IMG/VR virus record: IMGVR_UViG_2778261223_000007 | Span: 1-64,000 of that record | DNA: 64,000 nucleotides | From: a virus | Lineage: Duplodnaviria > Heunggongvirae > Uroviricota > Caudoviricetes | Reading direction: 5' to 3' (one strand) | Shown: positions 58,175 through 64,000 of the stretch, piece after piece | Position numbering within the stretch: position 1 is the first letter of the stretch | How the letters are laid out: every line of letters begins with the position of its first letter | Made by a program: the position numbers and the translations under genes | The notes under the pieces: generated by a model | The model's database searches: none | Seen by the model: only the letters and a program-made list of their open reading frames with translations | Told to the model about the DNA's origin: nothing

Positions 58175-58951
58175 GTGGAAAATACTAAAGCAATTCAATA
58201 CCGCTTGCGTAATGGCCTGCTGGTGGCTGTTAACGCCGACATGTCACTGCCGTTTGACACGATTGAACGCACTATCATGACATATCTCGGCTTTAATGAA
58301 GAACTGAATGAAGAGCATGGCGTAGCTATATGGAGCGATGCAGAAAGCGGCGTTCATCGTTACATCACCGCCAGGGGCAAAGACTACTCTCTGGAAGAAC
58401 TGTTTACCCTTGCACAGTCTTTCGAATGTGTAGCATTAGACATGTTTAATGATCCTGCTATAGCGCAACGACTTATACGCGAGCTTGGGCTATCCGTTAC
58501 ACCAATTATCTTTAAGAATGGCAGCCTGACTGGCACATGGCGCGTAGAACGCATCTCAAACTACCTTCCATATAACCGACAGTTAAATGGAGTAATCTCC
58601 GGCGTTAATCAGCCCGTAGCGTGTGAAAATGTAAACCTGGTTGTCGCTGTTTTGGCAACCGCATGTCGTGTTATCGGTTTGGCTAAACAGGCATTTATTC
58701 ATTTCCCAAATGGTGCAGAAGGTAGCGCAGAGATTATCGCGTGTGATTTCGAATTTACCTGGATGCTACGCGAATATCTGGACCAAACAGTATTCCGTGC
58801 CGAAGAACTGGATATGTATATCACGTCAACGATTCCAGACGATGTGCGAGCAGAAGCAATCGCTACAGCCAGGGCGAAATGCCGTGCGGCGATTGCAGAA
58901 CGGGCCAAAGAAGAACAGTCCAATGATACAGCGGCAGAAGAGGTGGAATAA
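58175..58951 (+). CDS. hypothetical protein (258 aa)
   Basis: ORF followed by a strong bidirectional terminator. Confidence 0.4.
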   Translation: MENTKAIQYRLRNGLLVAVNADMSLPFDTIERTIMTYLGFNEELNEEHGVAIWSDAESGVHRYITARGKDYSLEELFTLAQSFECVALDMFNDPAIAQRLIRELGLSVTPIIFKNGSLTGTWRVERISNYLPYNRQLNGVISGVNQPVACENVNLVVAVLATACRVIGLAKQAFIHFPNGAEGSAEIIACDFEFTWMLREYLDQTVFRAEELDMYITSTIPDDVRAEAIATARAKCRAAIAERAKEEQSNDTAAEEVE

Positions 58952-58985
58952 CAAAAAGCCCGCTTGGTATGGCGGGCTTCTTTTC
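58952..58985. terminator. bidirectional intrinsic terminator
   Basis: AAAAAGCCCGCTTGGTATGGCGGGCTTCTTTTC between convergent transcription units. Confidence 0.65.
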
Positions 58986-59202
58986 AAATACTGGAAGCAC
59001 TTTGTCTGCTACCAAGCATTCTCTGTTTAAGCACAACCATTTCCTGACGGCATAACACAGCAATAGCGGTCCTGGCACCAATTTGCTTACCAACCAGGTA
59101 TTGCTTTACCTCGCGGCGACTCACGCCATCAAGAAGCATCTTTAACGCTTCACGGGACAACTTGTTGTATTTACGTGCCATTAATCTACTCCGCAGAACC
59201 AT
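58984..59202 (-). CDS. small hypothetical protein downstream of doc (possible HTH)
   Basis: 72-aa ORF overlapping the doc stop; basic, helix-rich. Confidence 0.25.
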
Positions 59203-59566
59203 ACAATCTACGTAACGTGTCGGCGACAGAAGATACAGATATCTCGCCAGTCGCAGCGCCTACAGTAAGGTCTGCCAGTTCAGGTGAATCAAATACCTGA
59301 ACCCCGTTACGGCGTAGAAATAGCAGCGCACTGTTTAGCGCGGTACGCTTATTGGCATCATTGAATATATGCCCTCTCGCTGTAGCCACCAGGTAGGTGG
59401 CGGAGACTTCGAAAAGGTCGCTGATCTCTTCGTAGGCAACTCTGGCCTGAACTCTCCCGATAATGGCCTCTGCCCTACCCGGATCTGACATTCCCGGCAG
59501 GCCACCGTAGCGGCTTATATTCGCATCATGAAGCGCAATAAGTTCTTCCGGTGATATATGCCTCAT
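59186..59566 (-). CDS. doc: Doc toxin (Fic-fold kinase)
   Basis: 126 aa, [22 protein letters not shown]...[19 protein letters not shown]...; recalled as essentially the P1 Doc sequence, including the Fic-type motif. Confidence 0.95.
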
Positions 59567-59787
59567 TATCGGTTAACCAGTTCCTTGTTGGTGGAGTCCA
59601 GGGTGTCAAACAGGGATGCAAATTCGGCATCCAGCGCCGCTTTTTTGTAGGCTTCAAAAGTAGCCTTGCTAACAATTACTGCTGGCTCACGGCCTCTGCG
59701 GGTGATTTCAACCTCTTCCCCGGCTTCAACATTGTTGAGCACTTCAGAAAGGTTGCCGCGCGCGGTACGGAAGTTAATGGATTGCAT
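59566..59787 (-). CDS. phd: Phd antitoxin
   Basis: 73 aa from [56 protein letters not shown].. (track ORF starts 2 codons earlier); stop overlaps doc start by 1 nt. Confidence 0.95.
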
Positions 59788-59895
59788 AAACACCTCGTGT
59801 GCTCGTTATGTGTACGCAATTATAGGTTTTAATGATGCTGAATACCACTTCTTGGTGCCTTAAATCCTCGAGATGCAGTCTTGCAATTGCTGGGA

Positions 59896-60318
59896 TTAAG
59901 CAGAATAAGTGGTTGGAATTCTGAGCAGTAATCCAATCTTGGCTATGTGCTCATATGGCAGCTCTCCGGTTTTACCGTCATGTATCGAGGCTATCAGATT
60001 CAATTCTTGCGCCGCTTTACGAATTTCAGTTTCTGATGGAACAAGGCGAAAACCGATGTGTAACATTTTGATATAGAAAGGTAATAGTTCGTACTTCACC
60101 CGTAACTGTGCTGCCGCATCTTTCAAATCATGGATGATTTCTTGTTTTAAGTCAGAGCGGGGATTCGATAGCTTTGCTTGGTTAGACAATAACAGATGCG
60201 ATATTTCCCCCAACTGTTCCTTGAATGAAATGTAAGACTCAACCCCCTTGATGATGAGTCGACCTAGGACAAAAACGCTTACTCCAGTGACAACAGTGAC
60301 AAAAGCAGACGAACTCAT
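59896..60318 (-). CDS. hypothetical membrane-anchored protein (140 aa)
   Basis: N-terminal TM helix (AFVTVVTGVSVFVLGRLII); AT-rich gene between phd and humD. Confidence 0.4.
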   Translation of the reverse strand: MSSSAFVTVVTGVSVFVLGRLIIKGVESYISFKEQLGEISHLLLSNQAKLSNPRSDLKQEIIHDLKDAAAQLRVKYELLPFYIKMLHIGFRLVPSETEIRKAAQELNLIASIHDGKTGELPYEHIAKIGLLLRIPTTYSA

Positions 60319-60452
60319 TCGCGTACCTAAAAAGAGAATTATAACCTCATCTTATCTTCAAGTGAGTAACCGCGTCTAATGGGAGGAATCATTTAAATGG
60401 CCAGGGCGATATAGATCCAGTCATGCCTCTCTATGGTTTCTCTGAAAACAAA

Positions 60453-60842
60453 TCATATAGCAGGACTATCATCAAATTCACCGCCCCTGGCGTCATTGAT
60501 AATGTGGGTGATCACACCAAAAACAGCATTACTACCCGTGTAACCATCGTCATCTACTGGTAACGCCTCTTTCTTCCCGGTGCTTAAATCCTCCAGGTGC
60601 TGGCGCGGATACTTCCGGTATCTTTTTACGCGATATTCCCCCTCCATAGCGCATATAAGCAGTGAGCCATCAACCGGAGTAAGTGAGGAATCAACCACCA
60701 GCAAAGCACCCTGCAATATTCCCTCACGGTGATGGCTATCAGCTGCCCGCATGAAGTAGGTTGCTGATGGATGTCTAATTAGTTGCTGATCAAGAGAAAT
60801 TCGGCTTTCAACATAATCCGCCGCAGGAGAAGGGAAGCCCAT
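60453..60842 (-). CDS. humD: HumD (UmuD'-like SOS mutagenesis protein)
   Basis: 129 aa starting MGFPSPAADYVESRISLDQQLIRHPSATYF, collinear with E. coli UmuD' (post-cleavage form) as recalled; LexA box upstream. Confidence 0.8.
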   Translation of the reverse strand: MGFPSPAADYVESRISLDQQLIRHPSATYFMRAADSHHREGILQGALLVVDSSLTPVDGSLLICAMEGEYRVKRYRKYPRQHLEDLSTGKKEALPVDDDGYTGSNAVFGVITHIINDARGGEFDDSPAI

Positions 60843-60860
60843 AGCGTTTTACCTCAATGA

Positions 60861-60880
60861 TACTGTTTATTCATACAGTA
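60861..60880. promoter_or_regulatory. LexA (SOS) box
   Basis: TACTGTTTATTCATACAGTA, perfect CTGT-N8-ACAG palindrome ~20 bp upstream of humD start. Confidence 0.75.
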
Positions 60881-61032
60881 TACATTGAAAAGGCATAGTT
60901 TGTGAAAGCGGGGTTTGTAAGCAACGCCGCTGGCGGCAAGGTCTACGTTCACCTTGTCTCGCTCTTCCTGGCTTTTAGCTGCTATATTTCGATCTGACAC
61001 AAGAAACCTCCAGGAGTTAGTGGATCAGGCAC

Positions 61033-61383
61033 ATGCACAATAACGTTCTCAATGTTAGCCGTTCAATTCAGACAATCAGAGACTGCACCAGTGTGGTGGC
61101 ATCAATCCCATTGCGAAACAGCATAGACGAACTGCAAATTCGTGTATTGAATCTGAATCAGGCTAATAAGCAATTGCGCTTTATTTTGACGCTGAAAAGT
61201 GAAACAGAGGGGATAAAGCACAGCGTAAAAGTGTTTTCTGAGGCCATTCTGCTTAATGGGAAGCTCCGGCATCTAGTAAGGCCAGAACGTCAATATCCTG
61301 ACGTCCTGGCGCGTGAAAAAGACCTTCTTTCTGAAGTTCAGGATAGGGTGATCGATTTCGTCAAATGCTATCCCCTGCATTGA
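61033..61383 (+). CDS. hypothetical protein (116 aa)
   Basis: ORF divergent from humD. Confidence 0.35.
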   Translation: MHNNVLNVSRSIQTIRDCTSVVASIPLRNSIDELQIRVLNLNQANKQLRFILTLKSETEGIKHSVKVFSEAILLNGKLRHLVRPERQYPDVLAREKDLLSEVQDRVIDFVKCYPLH

Positions 61384-61625
61384 GGGCAGGTGTTCCCTTC
61401 CGCAAAGTAGGGAAAACTGCTATCAAGTTCATCACACCATCTGCGATGGTCGTAGCACCAAAACGCCTCCCACGGTGCACGGAAATACTTCATCCACCAG
61501 GACACTCGATCAGGTATATCTGCTGGTGGCAGTTCTTCTGGCAATAATTTGCCTGATAATCCCGCGACAGCATTTTTTTGAGGCTCGCGTTCTCTTTTTC
61601 AAGCTCATCTACGCGCACCTGTAAT

Positions 61626-62708
61626 TCAGCTTTCGTTGGCATGGTCCGCCTCATGCTTTTCAGCCACCAGCGGCAATAAAGCCCTGGCCATCTTATGAAC
61701 CAATAGTGCATCAATAATGCCAAGCGTATGCCCCGGCTTAATGTTTAATGCCGCCTCAAGGTGACACCTTTCCAAGCCACTTTTCTCGGCTTGTTTATGA
61801 TGATCTGGTGTAATAACGTCGCCCAAAACACGGCTAATTCTTTCTCGTAATTGCTGGGTGCCCGCACTCTTGATCGCTGTATCGTGGAGACGGTTAACCA
61901 GTTCGCGATAAACATGCGGCTTAATTCGGATACGTTCACCGGTGACGCCCTTTCCTGGCGCTGGCACCGAACTATCCGGAATATCCGGATAGTTGCCAGC
62001 CAGTCTACGCAAAACGGCCTTAACAGCCTCAATACGGTCATCATCGCAATTTTCCAGCGTATCTATGCGATCGAGCATGATGATGGCGTTATCAATATCA
62101 GGATTGCCGGTCCACTCATTACCGCGATTGGATTCGGCAGCCTGGTTGCCGCGTACTGGTTGATTATCGGCTTTACCCAGTCTGTCGTTGCTGCATGAAT
62201 GCCCTTCCAGCCAGGCCAATGCTTGTCGCATGAAATACGCAATATGTTTGCCGTGGTAATCGTCTTCATCGATGTGAAAAGCGATACTGCGGATGTATTC
62301 AATTGCGTTTTCAATGGCCTCCGGCGTTATCGGCGCTGACATATTTTGATTTTGGAGTGCCAAGACGCGGCTGGCATCCTCAACACCTTTAACGGCATCT
62401 GCGCAGTAGTTATAGCGATTGCATTCCACTAACTTCTGCTTGAGATTTTCAATTGCTTGCGCGACATCAGCCTGCAATTCCCGAACTGGCGGAGTAGCAT
62501 ATAACGGCACCCACTTTGGTGCTTTATCCCCGACCGAACGCTGATACCAGTCACCCGGTTTGTATTCATAAAACTCACCAACAGGCTCTGCTTCCAGCGA
62601 TGCCAGCGCAATTTCATAAGCACGGCGCTCAATATTGTCTCGAACGTCCAGACTGCCTATGCGCTCTTTGATTTCTTTAATCAGTTCTTTGTCGGTTAAA
62701 ACGGTCAT
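61626..62708 (-). CDS. hypothetical protein (360 aa)
   Basis: Long ORF, no recognisable motif. Confidence 0.4.
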   Translation of the reverse strand: MTVLTDKELIKEIKERIGSLDVRDNIERRAYEIALASLEAEPVGEFYEYKPGDWYQRSVGDKAPKWVPLYATPPVRELQADVAQAIENLKQKLVECNRYNYCADAVKGVEDASRVLALQNQNMSAPITPEAIENAIEYIRSIAFHIDEDDYHGKHIAYFMRQALAWLEGHSCSNDRLGKADNQPVRGNQAAESNRGNEWTGNPDIDNAIIMLDRIDTLENCDDDRIEAVKAVLRRLAGNYPDIPDSSVPAPGKGVTGERIRIKPHVYRELVNRLHDTAIKSAGTQQLRERISRVLGDVITPDHHKQAEKSGLERCHLEAALNIKPGHTLGIIDALLVHKMARALLPLVAEKHEADHANES

Positions 62709-62718
62709 AATTTATGCC

Positions 62719-63174
62719 TCAGTTGTAGCCAATCGGATTAACAGCAACAAGAACGCCGTCGGCGAATAAGTCTTTAATGAGGTGTTCGCTCGGCTTGCCT
62801 TTTTCGTACTCTTCAATAAGGTAAGTGTCGCCATTTTCATTGATATAAACAGGAAGGATGGAGCCGTTGATAAAGTAGGTTCCGTTATTGTCGAGGATTT
62901 TTGCCTCGGCGATTTGTTTTTTGGTAAAACTCTCTTCTTTTGTCAAAGTTGCCATATCAGTTTCCTTGTATGGGTTAATTTTATTGTGTAGTGCCCCGAA
63001 TGGTTTACACACTATATCGATATACAGGTCAACTAACGGTTCAAATGCTTTCCCCACTAGAACAGTCACTAATATTGAGGATATCGGTATCAGCAGCACG
63101 ATAAACAGAATGAGAAACAAGAGTTCTATAGCCCTGCTTCTTCGCGGATATTCTTTTCTGAATAATGTCGGCAC
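62719..63174 (-). CDS. hypothetical protein (start uncertain)
   Basis: 151-aa ORF with N-terminal hydrophobic stretch; an internal Met (MATLTKEE..) is an alternative start. Confidence 0.3.
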   Translation of the reverse strand: MPTLFRKEYPRRSRAIELLFLILFIVLLIPISSILVTVLVGKAFEPLVDLYIDIVCKPFGALHNKINPYKETDMATLTKEESFTKKQIAEAKILDNNGTYFINGSILPVYINENGDTYLIEEYEKGKPSEHLIKDLFADGVLVAVNPIGYN

Positions 63175-63175
63175 A

Positions 63176-63499
63176 TCACTCTCCTTTGTTGATCCTCAAA
63201 ATTTTATGACCTGGCGCAAAAGCACGCGTTTTGTCGGCGCTTATTCGCCAGCCATCCTTACGCGCCTCTTTTGCACAGCCAGCCCATGACGTACCGATAT
63301 ACTCACCGAAGTCTGGCGTTTGATATTTACCATTTGTACACTGGCGACAATCACAGTAGAGATGCATGGTGTAACTTGCGGCAATAGCCATATCAGTCTC
63401 CTTTAGTGCGCAGGTGGTTTTTCCAGCGGTTTTGCGCCGCGCTGCCCTTATCTCGGACTCCCTCTCTGGCAATTCCAGAAAATGAAAACAACACCACAC
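63176..63499 (-). CDS. hypothetical Cys-rich small protein
   Basis: 107-aa ORF; ..HLYCDCRQC.. cluster. Confidence 0.3.
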   Translation of the reverse strand: MWCCFHFLELPERESEIRAARRKTAGKTTCALKETDMAIAASYTMHLYCDCRQCTNGKYQTPDFGEYIGTSWAGCAKEARKDGWRISADKTRAFAPGHKILRINKGE

Positions 63500-63570
63500 G
63501 ACGATTGCTAACTCTCAACCACTGGCTGGGATAGCAAAGTCTGTATACACGGGAGATAAGCATCTTAGCT

Positions 63571-64000
63571 TTACGGTTTTTCATCGTTTTGCTCTCCTGC
63601 GTCTCCTTTGATGCAAATGCCAGCGACGCGTGGCACATTAACTTCCACGATGCGCACTGTTGGTTTGTACATCTCAATCGCTGTCAGCCAGTCAGCGCCA
63701 GTCATGCGCTTTTCTGCATCGCCATTAGTCCACTTAACCGGTACACCAATAGCCTTCATCGCGATTTCTATTTCCCCGGCGATGGCGCTTTTTCCGCAAC
63801 CAGTAAAACCAGAAACAACGACAAGAACTTCACCTTTGGCTGGTTTTATTTCCCGTGCTTCCAGTTCTGCTATGCGCTTTTCTGATGCTTCAAGTAACGC
63901 CTGCTTATCGCGTAGCGCTTCTTCCAGTTCAGCAACATGGCATTCACTATCAATAAGGTTGTTCTCTGCTGCTTCCAGCTCAACACGCAGCTTCCCTACC
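63571..64000 (-). CDS. P-loop protein, partial (N-terminus beyond window end)
   Basis: Reading frame continues open to the window edge; Walker A-like VVVSGFTGCGKSAIAGE preceded by coiled-coil sequence. Confidence 0.35.
   Translation of the reverse strand, partial: VGKLRVELEAAENNLIDSECHVAELEEALRDKQALLEASEKRIAELEAREIKPAKGEVLVVVSGFTGCGKSAIAGEIEIAMKAIGVPVKWTNGDAEKRMTGADWLTAIEMYKPTVRIVEVNVPRVAGICIKGDAGEQNDEKP

Overview
This window reads as a 64 kb stretch of a P1-like temperate myophage / phage-plasmid from an enterobacterium, densely coding and mosaic relative to P1. Gene identities rest on motifs read from the translations and on recall of P1-family biology; no database search was run. Main content, in order: head and contractile-tail genes (head protein, Ig-like protein, sheath, tube-like proteins); an iteron-flanked Rep replicon embedded in the tail module; tape-measure/Sit-like protein, baseplate genes and the R-S-U tail-fiber operon with an invertible host-range segment (alternate Sv'/U' cassette, 26-bp hix/gix/cix-type crossover sites, Cin-family invertase); a lydAB/darA-like operon; a low-GC two-gene moron; portal and prohead protease; an immI-like locus (operator, c4-like antisense RNA with target repeats, icd-like, antirepressor); a 2278-aa DarB-like methyltransferase-helicase; a VRR-NUC gene; a tRNA cluster (Asn, Thr, Ile2-CAU plus non-canonical tRNA-like elements) interleaved with TerB-like/tci-like genes; pacA/pacB-like terminase genes with a GATC cluster; a divergent Cre homologue beside a lox-like site that matches the rox site of phage D6 (Dre) as I recall it; dUTPase; two DUF2829 (Tad2-like) proteins; phd-doc; and a LexA-box-controlled humD. 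A ~16-bp motif (TTTCTAACA core) recurs at eight intergenic positions and looks like the operator set of a C1-type repressor. The most plausible candidates for undescribed function are the low-GC TM + HEPN-like cassette, the unknown genes co-transcribed with darB, the DUF2829 proteins and the structured noncoding region around the tRNAs.
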